Assembly: GCA_000002445.1 (NCBI GenBank)
Contig: CH464491.1
Span: 2,976,001-3,040,000 of the forward strand
From: Trypanosoma brucei
Taxonomy: Eukaryota
Direction: 5' to 3'
Length of the DNA: 64,000 nucleotides
In this document: positions 33,481-43,815 of the stretch, in pieces
Position numbering within the stretch: position 1 is the stretch's first letter
Layout of the letters: each line of letters starts with the position of its first letter
Translations under genes and position numbers: made by a program
Notes under the pieces: model-generated
Told to the model about the DNA's origin: nothing
Database searches by the model: none
The model's input: only the letters and a program-made list of their open reading frames with translations

Positions 33481-35652
33481 GTGAGTCATTGTACTATTTA
33501 TGTAAAATGGGAGACTTGCCTTCACCTCTTTTTTTTTCTTTTCACCGTTTATGTTTGTCCACTTAGTTGCCGTTGTTTTCCTGCCTCCAACGAGCAAAAT
33601 AGTATGCAGGCATGGTACCAATTCGGATACGACGGTTTCCCGTCTGGGGACGCACGGCGTCGCTTCTACTGCCAACGTGACGACCCGTGTGATAGCGAGG
33701 AGGAGCAAGAGGGGTACGACGGCAACGACCGACCAATCTACTACTATCCTATGCGTGACAGCGAGGAGGCTTCAATCGCAAGCGCCCCAATAGCGGAAGA
33801 GGAGGAGGATGCGTTACTACAGCAACTCCCTACAAGTCCGTTTCCGATTAATATATCTGTCTGCAATGAAATTTTGGGTAGGTGTGGTGCTGATGTTGTG
33901 CCACTAAGGACGATTTGCGGTGACACTAGTGCGGGGGAGGAGGTTTACTTCTTCGTGCATGGCGGTGCGTTAACAGCAACCGGACGCGTTACGAATGCAT
34001 CGGAGGTGGTTCGTATCAAGGGATGCACGGGCGGCAAGGAATCGGGTGAAGCGGTGACTTCCGTGGCCACGGATGCTTCACTGGCGGAAGTTATTTTTTC
34101 GGTGTGTGGAGGCAATCCCATTTTTCACGAGTTGTACATGGGTACCAGTTCCTCCTCCTCACCGCCAGCGCGTTTTGGGCACTGCACGGTTGGCATCCAA
34201 GCCCCTCCTTGGGTTGAAGCGCTTTCTTCCCGTTGCCGCAGCGATTGTGAGTTGTATTTATCGTTAGTCATTGGTGGTGCCTTTGTTGACCAGGTTCCGA
34301 AGTCTTTCCACGATGTTATTGCACGTGATTCTGTGCTGTGCGAACCATGGTTATGCGCAACAGTCCTTAAAGGTAACCTGGGCTCCCCGGGGGCCGATGG
34401 GATCCGCGAAAAGAGACAGCGGCCCTTGACTGAGGTATGTGAAGAACCTAAACAATACACACTGCATGCTCCCCTGCCTGGAATGACGGGACTCACCTCC
34501 ACACCGCGATTATTTGCCACTTTAACACCATGGCCAGTTGCCCATCGTGATCCAATTATTACCTCCTACGCGTATATGGGCGGTAGTCTTAACGGTTGGG
34601 ACCCGTTACCTTTATTTGGGCTGTGGTTGCTGCATGTTGACACTTTCAACTGGAGTGTTTCGGTTTCTTTGCTTGAGACGCTAGGCGAGGAACCACCTTC
34701 ACGCTTTGGACACTCCGCTACCCTTGTTAATGAAAAGGAAATATATGTGTTTGGTGGCATCGGCACCCGCCGCACTTACTTGAATGACCTCATGGTTTTA
34801 AACTGCACAACGAAGGTATGGCGGGAGGTGTACGCACCTTCTTGTTTCTCCATACCTCCCCGAGCATTCCATAGCAGCGCTTTGCTTCCGGGTAACTGCA
34901 CCGTAGTTATTGTTGGAGGTGAGGCAGAAGGTCGTCACGAATCTAGTGTCTGGAGGTACGATGTAACCCGTGGTGATTGGCGTTTGTTGTCATTCCCATT
35001 ACTTGAGCGTGCTTTGCGCCCCCCTCGTGGGGCATGTGGTGCTTCCCAAACGGGCTGCACTGTCTCAGCCACCCGGTTGCTGTGCGAGCGGGAGCGACTA
35101 ACATCAGAGGGGAAAAATTCACTCGACGACGCACGGCAAATACGCGTGGATCATTCTGATATGAGTTCGTCCAACCGACCCAGCAGTGGTGAAATGCCAC
35201 GGTCGACGACATCGGGCGTGCATGTGACTAGCCGCACATTCTGTTCCTCTGGACCGTCGATGGGTGGAGATACCCCCAACTCCCCTCTAGGTGTCTACTA
35301 TTTCGCAGCCATGCATGGGTCTCAGCCCCAGGTGTTTACTGTAAAGGATGGCACGTTGGTGCTGGGTGGCACGAAGTCTCCCGGCGTAGCTTCGCTTAGC
35401 TGGATTCCAGCACGGACCTACTCGCTTAAGGAGTGCGCAGCTCTATGGATTTGCACTCATCGGGAGGGATTTTTGGAGGAAGCGGGGTGCCGGCTCCGAT
35501 CACCCTGTGATGAGGTTAGCCAATCTGAGGCATGCCACTACGGTAAGAGTCCGGTTGAGGGGTGCTGCGCTTCGTTAGTGGACCGCTCGCTTGCGGAGGA
35601 TCAGCTTGACAAATGGCAACGTAGCGCCCGGAAGCGACTTCGTGGCCAATGA
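33481..35652 (+). CDS. Kelch/galactose-oxidase-type beta-propeller repeat protein, conserved hypothetical
   Basis: Repeated motifs YFFVHGG, LVIGGAF, YVFGGIG...W, VVIVGGEA...W.YD typical of kelch blades. The N-terminus is acidic. Confidence 0.45.
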   Translation: MSHCTIYVKWETCLHLFFFLFTVYVCPLSCRCFPASNEQNSMQAWYQFGYDGFPSGDARRRFYCQRDDPCDSEEEQEGYDGNDRPIYYYPMRDSEEASIASAPIAEEEEDALLQQLPTSPFPINISVCNEILGRCGADVVPLRTICGDTSAGEEVYFFVHGGALTATGRVTNASEVVRIKGCTGGKESGEAVTSVATDASLAEVIFSVCGGNPIFHELYMGTSSSSSPPARFGHCTVGIQAPPWVEALSSRCRSDCELYLSLVIGGAFVDQVPKSFHDVIARDSVLCEPWLCATVLKGNLGSPGADGIREKRQRPLTEVCEEPKQYTLHAPLPGMTGLTSTPRLFATLTPWPVAHRDPIITSYAYMGGSLNGWDPLPLFGLWLLHVDTFNWSVSVSLLETLGEEPPSRFGHSATLVNEKEIYVFGGIGTRRTYLNDLMVLNCTTKVWREVYAPSCFSIPPRAFHSSALLPGNCTVVIVGGEAEGRHESSVWRYDVTRGDWRLLSFPLLERALRPPRGACGASQTGCTVSATRLLCERERLTSEGKNSLDDARQIRVDHSDMSSSNRPSSGEMPRSTTSGVHVTSRTFCSSGPSMGGDTPNSPLGVYYFAAMHGSQPQVFTVKDGTLVLGGTKSPGVASLSWIPARTYSLKECAALWICTHREGFLEEAGCRLRSPCDEVSQSEACHYGKSPVEGCCASLVDRSLAEDQLDKWQRSARKRLRGQ

Positions 35653-35730
35653 GGAGTCGACTTATCCCCTCCTTCGGTCATTTGTTTTTTCCACCTTGCT
35701 ATCACCCGTTTTCTTTACCGTTAACGCACT

Positions 35731-37776
35731 ATGGACATGGAGTGGGTCTATTTCCCCCCGCTTGTTGAAGCAGAGCTTCGCCTGTTCTACCCTTCAACGA
35801 TTTTATGTTTCCATCTGCTTTACGCTGCCGTTTGCATTGGTTCGTACTATGCCTCTTTCCCCCCCTTTCTGACGACATCACAAGAGAAAACAACACACAC
35901 AGACATGTCTAGTGACGCCACTGCTGCCGCAGTTAACTGGTCCCAGGGTGACGAGGGCGATACAGCTCTGGAGATATGCGTGCCAATTGTCCTCCCACAG
36001 TCGGGGCGTGCGAAGGAACTCACTGTAGAAGTGAAAGATCTCGCTGTTCTGCGGGTGTCACACCGCGACACGATCATCTTACAGTGGCGCCTCTACGAAC
36101 CAGTGGCGGAAGAGGTCGAGTGGCGCGTGGAGAATGAGGGCTCCCTTCTAATCATGGACATGGTGAAACGGAGCTGCGCCGTGTGGCCCTGTTTGCTTGA
36201 CCTCCCAATGCGTGCTGATGATAAGTTGCTCCGTTCAACAGCGGAACTTGACAATCTTTTCCGTGAGCACCACCCGCCACTTCCACCCGACCCTTCTTTG
36301 GAACGCAAAGGGGCTGGAGCTGCCGCCGTCGACAAGGTGGATGGTAACGGCGGTGAGGCAGGCACGGCTGCTGTGGGTGGGGAGGACGACCTCGAACGCC
36401 TTTTGGAGGAGGCCGCCGAAGAGGTTGTGGGAGAGGGTGCCGCCACTGAAGAAAATAACGACAGGGAATTCATCAACGCGGAGCTGGAAAACTGTAGGAC
36501 AGAGATTGAGGAAATACAGAAGAAACTCGACGAAGTTATGAAGACTCTAGAGGATGGCGCCGATGGAGAAGCCAAACAACAGGCTCTGAAGCAGAAGACG
36601 ATTCTGGAGGAGATGCTAAGGTTACACTTTGAAATTTGTGAGAAACGCCGCTTGCCATCCAGCCTTTCTGGCTTTATTGAAATTACCCAGCTCGACATAC
36701 GTAAGTCGCGCGTTAATGTGGGTGAGCTGTCGGAGGAAGAAAGGGAGGAGTATGCTTCTGATGAGGAGCGCGCAATGACTGCCCACGAGCTCATGACAAG
36801 GGGCCTGCAGCATTTTGAGCAGCAGGAGATACAACCGGCTCTTCATTTCCTTCGTCTTGCGGCTCTTCATCACAACCATGACCAGAGTACTATAATCCTC
36901 CACAGCATTTACTCTCAGCTCAACTCACCTCGTGGTGCGTTCATTCTTCTGAGACGTGCCCTGCAGGACGATAACATCAGCAGCACTGCGAACCTGAAGG
37001 TTGCCGAACAATTTGACGTAGGTGCCCGTCACTTCCTTCCTATGTTTCCCGCAGCGCTGTACTTCTATCAGCGCGCTGCAAAGGCTGGCTGCGTCAGTGC
37101 GATGCTTGCAATTGCTCAACTGTATTTGCGTGGTTGTACCTCATCCACAATGCTTTCCGCCAAGCAGATTGAAAGGCTAAGAAACACTGATATGTACCAA
37201 GAGTGGTTACAACGTGCTATTGATCGAGGATGTGGATCTGCAAACTTTGTGAAGGGCTGCGCACATCTCAAGGGTGAGCACGGCTGTGTGAAGTCGTATA
37301 AATTGGCCAAAGAATATTTGGATAGGGCTACTGCAGCCCAACCTAAAATTGCACAGCGGGCTCCACAGGTCTACGTTATGCTGGAAAAGTTACGACAGGA
37401 GGAGGAGGGGGTGGCCTCACTGAGCGCATCTACATCGCTCTCGCTATCGAAGGGTAATTATGCCAATGGCCGAGCCGGTACAAATGGTGACGGTGACGCC
37501 GTTTGTGTGACCTCATCCGTCGAAAGACTGAACAACATGACATCAAAGCCGTATGCCTCAGCGTCCGCTGGGCCGGGGAGACTAAAGAAGGGCAATCAAA
37601 GGTCGGGTGCAAAAGCATTCTGGGAGGGTGCGGTCACGACCGGGCTGACACTCTACAGTCTATACACGTTGGCCTTCCCCGTGCGCCTGCTGATCCTTCC
37701 TCACATCTACACACTGTTGAGTCATGTAGTTGACCGCGTTCCATGGCTCGCCGCCTCACAACCTCTCCAGTTCTGA
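35731..37776 (+). CDS. Sel1/TPR-like repeat protein with acidic coiled-coil region
   Basis: Sel1-like units (YQRAAKAGCVSAMLAIAQLYLRG, VKGCAHLKGEHGCVKSYKLAKEYLDRA). A central E-rich coiled-coil segment and a C-terminal hydrophobic segment. The antisense ORF 36093-36794 is a composition artefact. Confidence 0.45.
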   Translation: MDMEWVYFPPLVEAELRLFYPSTILCFHLLYAAVCIGSYYASFPPFLTTSQEKTTHTDMSSDATAAAVNWSQGDEGDTALEICVPIVLPQSGRAKELTVEVKDLAVLRVSHRDTIILQWRLYEPVAEEVEWRVENEGSLLIMDMVKRSCAVWPCLLDLPMRADDKLLRSTAELDNLFREHHPPLPPDPSLERKGAGAAAVDKVDGNGGEAGTAAVGGEDDLERLLEEAAEEVVGEGAATEENNDREFINAELENCRTEIEEIQKKLDEVMKTLEDGADGEAKQQALKQKTILEEMLRLHFEICEKRRLPSSLSGFIEITQLDIRKSRVNVGELSEEEREEYASDEERAMTAHELMTRGLQHFEQQEIQPALHFLRLAALHHNHDQSTIILHSIYSQLNSPRGAFILLRRALQDDNISSTANLKVAEQFDVGARHFLPMFPAALYFYQRAAKAGCVSAMLAIAQLYLRGCTSSTMLSAKQIERLRNTDMYQEWLQRAIDRGCGSANFVKGCAHLKGEHGCVKSYKLAKEYLDRATAAQPKIAQRAPQVYVMLEKLRQEEEGVASLSASTSLSLSKGNYANGRAGTNGDGDAVCVTSSVERLNNMTSKPYASASAGPGRLKKGNQRSGAKAFWEGAVTTGLTLYSLYTLAFPVRLLILPHIYTLLSHVVDRVPWLAASQPLQF

Positions 37777-38751
37777 TGATCAAGGAGAGGATAGGCATTT
37801 GTCGCACTGCCACTTTTCACATGCGCTATTGCCCTCATAACATTGTGCATACCTGGTCTACCTGTTTGTACAAAGCGGGAGTGGGCGAGGAGGATACTGG
37901 TGTTACCAGCGGCTGATCCCCCCCCCCCCCTACAACGGAGGCAAGGGGCAACGACAACAATCAGGGAGCATTTCCGCATCTCCCTCTTTTACCACCATCA
38001 CTATCATCAGCGACAACATCACACTCATTCTAGCCTGACGCTGAGGAGTATGAATGATTGACGAAAGTCAAGGTAGTGATAACCGGAGGGGGGTAGCAAA
38101 GAAAAAAAATAATTCGTTAGCTTTAAAAGGGGCTACCAGGCAAGAACGGACGTGAGTTGGTGATAAAACGTGTTAGTCGGAGGAAGTAAATAAGGATGCG
38201 ATTTGACACTTTTTTCTTTTTTAATTATTGTTAGGTAACAGTTATCAGCGCGAGAACGTCCCCGGGAATGGGCACAATATTTAGCTGCGTCAAACATATG
38301 AGGTCTGATCCAGGGAGTTTGCACTGGCGACGACAGGAGGGGTAGCGACTGGTCGTGTTGTTGTGCTGCGTGTGCTTTCTCTTTCAATATGGAAAGTGCC
38401 CGTGAAGCCCATAGGGCGGTGTGAGTGCAATCTGATGGGTCATGAGATCACAATGGTTTTCCCACGGAAGCGTGTAGGAGTGAATCAGTCTTTGCTTGTT
38501 TAGCTCTTTACACCCCTAAGGCGTGCTACTTTATTAAGTTGTTTCTTTTTTTCCTTCCAGAAAACAAATAAAAGAATATGTGGATTATCTGCTGTCCTGA
38601 TTCGTGCATGATCTTGCCCGTTCTTACGGCATCTCTTTTCCTTTGCGTGATTGCTATTTTTCGTTTTGTCTCCCTTACTTACCTTCCTCTCTGTGGGTCC
38701 TGCGGCTGAGAGGGTGCTGCAAGCCGCTTTTTTTTTTCTTTACGACGCCAA

Positions 38752-39600
38752 ATGCGTCGTTTCTGCACTGCTCGTGTAAGTAGTTATGTTAAGCGTGCGC
38801 CACTCCTGCTTCCCCGTGGTGGGCGGCGCTGGAGATCGGGGGCAGGAACCACTGCGGATGGCGGTGGGGAAAAAGAATACATAGCGGACTCTTTTGAATC
38901 CACTGCCGGTTCTAATGCGTATGCCGCGATGGAATTAGCTGCTGAGGCTCGGAGGGAGATTCACGAACTGTGGCTGTCGGCCGAAACAGCACTTGAGAGG
39001 GAGAAACGTGTTCAGCAGGTGGCGGCACTTATCGAAAAATACAAGTTAGACCCCTCTACACCGCGGGAGGCAGATGTGAGCCGGGGATTAGGTGATGCTT
39101 TTGATCGACTGCTCCTCTTGTGTCTGCCCCTTGGCAAAACAGACGCTAAAGGAACTGATAACTTGGAGCGACTTATGCACCTAGCTGGGAGGAATGGTAG
39201 GGAGCTTTCTGTGCGGACGATTCAACATTTGTTTGCTCGTACGGACTCATTCGCGGAAGCGCTCGCTGTTTTCTACACCATGCGGCGATGCCATGTGGCA
39301 ATGAATATGGAGGCTTATTATTCCATGCTTTACTCTTTGCAACGGCTCGAGGAGGAAGGGTGGGGGCAACACTTTCGCAACGAGTATGAGGAAAATGGAG
39401 CCCCTTCTGAGCAAGCGATGGACTTCATAGTGAAGGGCATCAGTAACGCTTTATTGCCGGAAAACAAGCCGTGGCTTGGTCGTGTGATGTTCCAGGACCG
39501 GAATGTGCCAGATCGAAGGTATGACACGCGTGACTTCGATGAGCTGGACACAGCATGGACACAACGCTATAAAAGTGGTACGCCTGCCGGTGCCCATTGA
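38752..39600 (+). CDS. Hypothetical protein, possibly helical-repeat (PPR-like)
   Basis: 282-aa ORF with an Arg-rich N-terminus resembling a mitochondrial presequence, and helical-repeat-like segments (AEALAVFYTMRRCHVAMNMEAYYSMLYSL). No firm family assignment. Confidence 0.3.
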   Translation: MRRFCTARVSSYVKRAPLLLPRGGRRWRSGAGTTADGGGEKEYIADSFESTAGSNAYAAMELAAEARREIHELWLSAETALEREKRVQQVAALIEKYKLDPSTPREADVSRGLGDAFDRLLLLCLPLGKTDAKGTDNLERLMHLAGRNGRELSVRTIQHLFARTDSFAEALAVFYTMRRCHVAMNMEAYYSMLYSLQRLEEEGWGQHFRNEYEENGAPSEQAMDFIVKGISNALLPENKPWLGRVMFQDRNVPDRRYDTRDFDELDTAWTQRYKSGTPAGAH

Positions 39601-40003
39601 TTTCCGTTTGCCATAGGATGATTGAATTGGATGGAGCCGATAAGGCAGGGGAGGCACTTCGAGATTGTGGCGTTCAAATGTTTTATCGTGTGCTCGTCTG
39701 TGTAAGCGTTTCTGCACATAAGTATGACACTCAGTCAACGCATGCACACCCATTAATTTCATACGTCTGCGAGTAAACAACTTTTCTGTATGGGCCCGGG
39801 CCACCGCATATAGTTAAGTTACAAAAAACAAAAAGTAGTTCGAACTTTGTTGGATATGGCTGCGCTTCGCTCTCAACGTCTTCGCTGACATCGCCTCCCC
39901 GAACTTTGTTTGCATCTTTTCCCTTGTTTGCCCACTTTTGGAAATTACAGCGTAACCAAGCCTCCTGCTTAGTAGCAGCACAAAGCAAAAGGAAGTAGAC
40001 AAA

Positions 40004-40177
40004 TGGGTCACCTCCACCAATGGCGCTCCCGCCAAAAGATTGGCATGGGCAAAGGATCCCGCCACTGCGTCATTTGCTCCAACCAAAAGGCTCTCATCCG
40101 CAAGTATGAACTGAACGTCTGTCGTCAGTGCTTCCGTGAGAATGCCGAGAACATTGGTTTCGTCAAGCTGCGTTAAG
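40004..40177 (+). CDS. RPS29: 40S ribosomal protein S29
   Basis: 57-aa [60 protein letters not shown] with the C-x2-C...C-x2-C zinc ribbon and the conserved RKY..CRQCFRE signature of S29/S14. Absent from the ORF track because it is under 60 aa. It overlaps the spurious minus ORF 39814-40188. Confidence 0.9.
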
Positions 40178-41838
40178 ATCGCTGACACGTCATCGAATGA
40201 TGAGCGAAATGGAGGGACTGACGACTCCCGTGACTGGCTGTATGGAAGGCCCTTCTCTTTTTGTCTTTTCTTTCACTGATAGGGGTACGCAACTTACGTG
40301 CTTTTTTCCTCTTTTTTTTTCTTGGGGATGAGCACCGTTTCTGGTCTGTTCTCTCGTTCTTAAATTATTTTTTCCGTTTGACCTCCCACTACTACCTACT
40401 CGTGTCGTTTGCTCGTTTATCTGTTCAACGGACCCCTGTAACTGAGCAGCTGCAGAACCAGGGACAGAGGGAACGGAAGGCGGAGGCATGGGGTGGTAGA
40501 AGAAACTGCGCTGTCTACGATGCTTTTGTGTCCCTGAGTTTTTTGTGTTTAAAAATTACTGCAGCATTTCCCCCTTTTTTTCTTTCCTTGTGCTTCCACA
40601 ATTCGTCAATATTTTTGTTCAGGCGAAGGTAAACGCCGTAAGTAGTTCAAAGGCGACTACTCGAAGGGAAAGGGGAGGTAAGTACCTCTGAAGAAAGACT
40701 GGCGGTGGTTAAGTGAGGGGAGCGAAGGAATGTGCCATAGGTGAGGACGCTGTAGCTGAGGTGACATAAGGTAGCAGTTAGAGTATTCGGCACAGGGGGT
40801 TGGACTTCCCATTTACGTTTTGTTTGTGTGCCTTCCCGAAGATGTCACTGATGCGTGTGCTTTGCTGGTGGCATCGCCATTTTGTAGGTACTACGATCCT
40901 GAAGCTGGTTGTCGTCGATTGGAGTACCCTTACTCCCGGTGGTCTCAAGGTGTGAGTACGGCGGTGTTAGGTGTCTCGAATAGCTTGCCCGTAGAGAGGC
41001 TATGCTTGTTAATAAAATTAAGAAGTGGTGCAACTTCAGTTGCCAATAGCACAGGCGACACTTGGTGTAGAGCAGTGGAAAAGAAGGATGAAAATATCCC
41101 TGAGTGTGTCGACATGCAGGTATGTGTTGGACCCAAGCGGTTAACTTTGCACGGACGAAGAGGCAAGGGGGAGGAATTTGCATGATGTGTTCTGAGGGAT
41201 GAACCAAGGAATGAGTAAAAGTACGCGCGGTGGATTGGGTGCTGGTCAGCAGGCGATGCAAGAGGAGCTTCAAGTGGGAATTTGTTCGCTATTTCTTCGT
41301 ACTTTTGTCTTCTTGTATCGTTTGTAGTCTCATATGGCTGGTTGGCAGGCTGCACCGCCGATTTGAACAAGGGCTCTGCGCTTGTGTGTACACATGCCCA
41401 TAAACTTACATTTACATTTACTGATTTGTGTTTTCCAGTAGCCTCAGAGTGGGTTGTGGGGGCACCTTTCCACTGTAACTTGAGTAGTTGCAGCCTCTTA
41501 GTGCTGTGTTGCCGTAAAGTCACACTTACTGCTATTTATTTCTGTCTTTCTGTCCTGTGCTGCTTTTCATCGTTCCACGGGAGGTGCATTAGCACAAGCA
41601 AGTGAAATAATCAGCAATAACACCACTGTCAAAGGATTAGTAGTAAATAAACGCAAGTCCTGGAGCTGCTTGTTTTTCTCGTACCTCTTTCCCCCTTTGT
41701 CGTTACCTGTTCTTGTTTTCATTTGGTTACACAGGAGAGACCGCTTACGACCTGTACCACTGCAAGTGGTCTAATAGGCGTTTGTTTACCCGAATTTATT
41801 GTCATTTTCATCTGCTGTGATTTGCTTCCCGCCTTCAC

Positions 41839-43815
41839 ATGCCTGACAGCGAGGGTGCAGCTTCCATTCACGATGAGCGTCCTTCTGAAGTTCCAGAGGG
41901 CGGCTCTCCACTCGGTGAAGCAGCTATCACTTCAACGGCTAACGGCCATTCCAAGGTGAAGAGACGACGGATTCTTCAAAGGGAGATAGACAAATTCCGG
42001 CAGCAGAGTATTGAAAACGCGAAACAAACTGTAAGCAGAATAAAGGCGAGCGAAGTCGAGGTGAAGAGACGACGTGAACAGGATGCTGAGACGAGGGCAA
42101 AAAGGGCTGAAGATGTGAAGAAATCTTTGGAGGAGGAGCGTCTTTTTCTACAAAAGGTGCGTGAAAGGGAGGAGCAACGCAAGGTTGCCCAGGTTAAACT
42201 CCTTCGGACAAGCACTCCGCCACGCGAAGAGGTTAGAAGACGTATCGAGGAAGACCGCAGGAAAAACCGAGAGCGTGTACAAGCTGAGAGTGAGAAACTT
42301 CTGGCTGCTGCACGTGAGGAGGAGGAGAGGCGAATGGAGATGATCCTTAAGAGGAAGCAAGAGGAGGAGGAGGCCCCACGGAAACAGCGAAATGCTGAGC
42401 TGGAAAGGAAGGCAAAGGAGCTTGAGAACCTCAAGAAATCGTTGGAAAGGGACCGCCAGGCTATTCGGAAAGCACGTGAGGAGGAGGAGCGACGCAAAGC
42501 GCGGGAGGTGCGGATACTTCGCAGGATTGAAAAAGACTGGTGCGCGGAGGCTGTGAAAGAGTCTTTGGAGCATCGGCGAAAGATCAAAGAGCGTGTACAA
42601 GCTGAGAGTGAGAAACTTCTGGCTGCTGCACGTGAGGAGGAGGAGAGGCGAATGGAGATGATCCTTAAGAGGAAGCAAGGTGAGGAGGATGGCCCACGAC
42701 GGGTGCAAGAGTCTGAGCTTGAGAAGCAAAGGAAGGCAAAGGAGCTTGAGAACCTCAAGAAATCTTTGGAGGAGGAGCGTCTTTTTCTCAGAAAGATGCG
42801 CGAAGAGGAGGAGCAACGCAAGGTTGCCCAGGTTAAACTCCTTCGGACAAGCACTCCGCCACGCGAAGAGGTTAGAAGACGCATCGAGGAAGACCGCAGG
42901 AAAAACCGAGAGCGTGTACAAGCTGAGAGTGAGAAACTTCTGGCTGCTGCACGTGAGGAGGAGGAGAGGCGAAGGAAGATGATCCTTCAGAAAAAACAAG
43001 GGGAGGAGGAGGCCCCACGGAAACAGCGAAACGCTGAGCTGGAAAGGAAGGCAAAGGAGCTTGAGAACCTCAAGAAATCGTTGGAAAGGGACCGCCAGGC
43101 TATTCGGAAAGCACGTGAGGAGGAGGAGCAACGCAAGGTTGCCCAGGTTAAACTCCTTCGGACAAGCACTCCGCCACGCGAAGAGGTTAGAAGACGCATC
43201 GAGGAAGACCGCAGGAAAAACCGAGAGCGTGTACAAGCTGAGAGTGAGAAACTTCTGGCTGCTGCACGTGAGGCAGAGGAGAGGCGAATGGAGATGATCC
43301 TTAAGAGGAAGCAAGGTGAGGAGGATGGCCCACGACGGGTGCAAGAGTCTGAGCTTGAGAAGCAAAGGAAGGCAAAGGAGCTTGAGAACCTCAAGAGGCG
43401 TCTGGAGAAGGATCGTCTTGCCCTGCAGAAGATTCGTAAGGAGGACGACAGCGTTGACGAGACCGCATTGGCGGAGAATGGAATCGTGGAACTGCTTGAA
43501 GTCGCCCACGCTGTCGTCGAGGAAGGGGAAAAGGTTCTGCTGCAAAGAAAGCATACCACCAGGGAGGCCAGCACGCCGAGGCGCATGGAAGTGGAGAAGA
43601 AGAAAGCGAAGGCAGTGGAGGATATAAAGAAAGCCCTTGAGGAAGAGCGCTTGGCTCGGCAGAAGGAACGTGAGCAGGAGGTCCAACGCAAGGCGGAGCA
43701 GGTTCGACTGTTACGCGAGAAGATGAAGCAGCGACGCGAGGACCTGCTGAGGGCGCAGGAGGAAAAAAGGAAAAAGGCAGCTGAGGGCATTTGGGAGTTC
43801 GTGCCCGTTTCGTAG
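41839..43815 (+). CDS. Highly charged coiled-coil repeat protein (E/R/K-rich), cytoskeleton/MAP-like
   Basis: 658-aa ORF containing about 3.3 tandem copies of a 106-aa unit (..EERLFLRKMREEEEQRKVAQVKLLRTSTPPREEVRRRIEEDRRKNRERVQAESEKLLAAAREEEERR..KAKELENLKKSL). Confidence 0.7.
   Translation: MPDSEGAASIHDERPSEVPEGGSPLGEAAITSTANGHSKVKRRRILQREIDKFRQQSIENAKQTVSRIKASEVEVKRRREQDAETRAKRAEDVKKSLEEERLFLQKVREREEQRKVAQVKLLRTSTPPREEVRRRIEEDRRKNRERVQAESEKLLAAAREEEERRMEMILKRKQEEEEAPRKQRNAELERKAKELENLKKSLERDRQAIRKAREEEERRKAREVRILRRIEKDWCAEAVKESLEHRRKIKERVQAESEKLLAAAREEEERRMEMILKRKQGEEDGPRRVQESELEKQRKAKELENLKKSLEEERLFLRKMREEEEQRKVAQVKLLRTSTPPREEVRRRIEEDRRKNRERVQAESEKLLAAAREEEERRRKMILQKKQGEEEAPRKQRNAELERKAKELENLKKSLERDRQAIRKAREEEEQRKVAQVKLLRTSTPPREEVRRRIEEDRRKNRERVQAESEKLLAAAREAEERRMEMILKRKQGEEDGPRRVQESELEKQRKAKELENLKRRLEKDRLALQKIRKEDDSVDETALAENGIVELLEVAHAVVEEGEKVLLQRKHTTREASTPRRMEVEKKKAKAVEDIKKALEEERLARQKEREQEVQRKAEQVRLLREKMKQRREDLLRAQEEKRKKAAEGIWEFVPVS
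42125..43440 (+). repeat. Intragenic tandem repeat, 318-bp period, about 3-4 copies with variant sub-units
   Basis: The string aaggttgcccaggttaaactccttcggacaagcactccgccacgcgaagaggttagaagacg recurs at 42181, 42821 and 43139. Flanking half-units recur at 42560-42760 and 43240-43400. Confidence 0.85.

Noticed and set aside
36093-36794. 233-aa minus-strand ORF antisense to the Sel1-repeat gene
   Set aside because: An S-rich reverse frame of the acidic (E-rich) coiled-coil segment; a composition artefact.
39814-40188. 124-aa minus-strand ORF
   Set aside because: It fully overlaps the conserved 57-aa RPS29 gene on the + strand and has no recognisable features itself.
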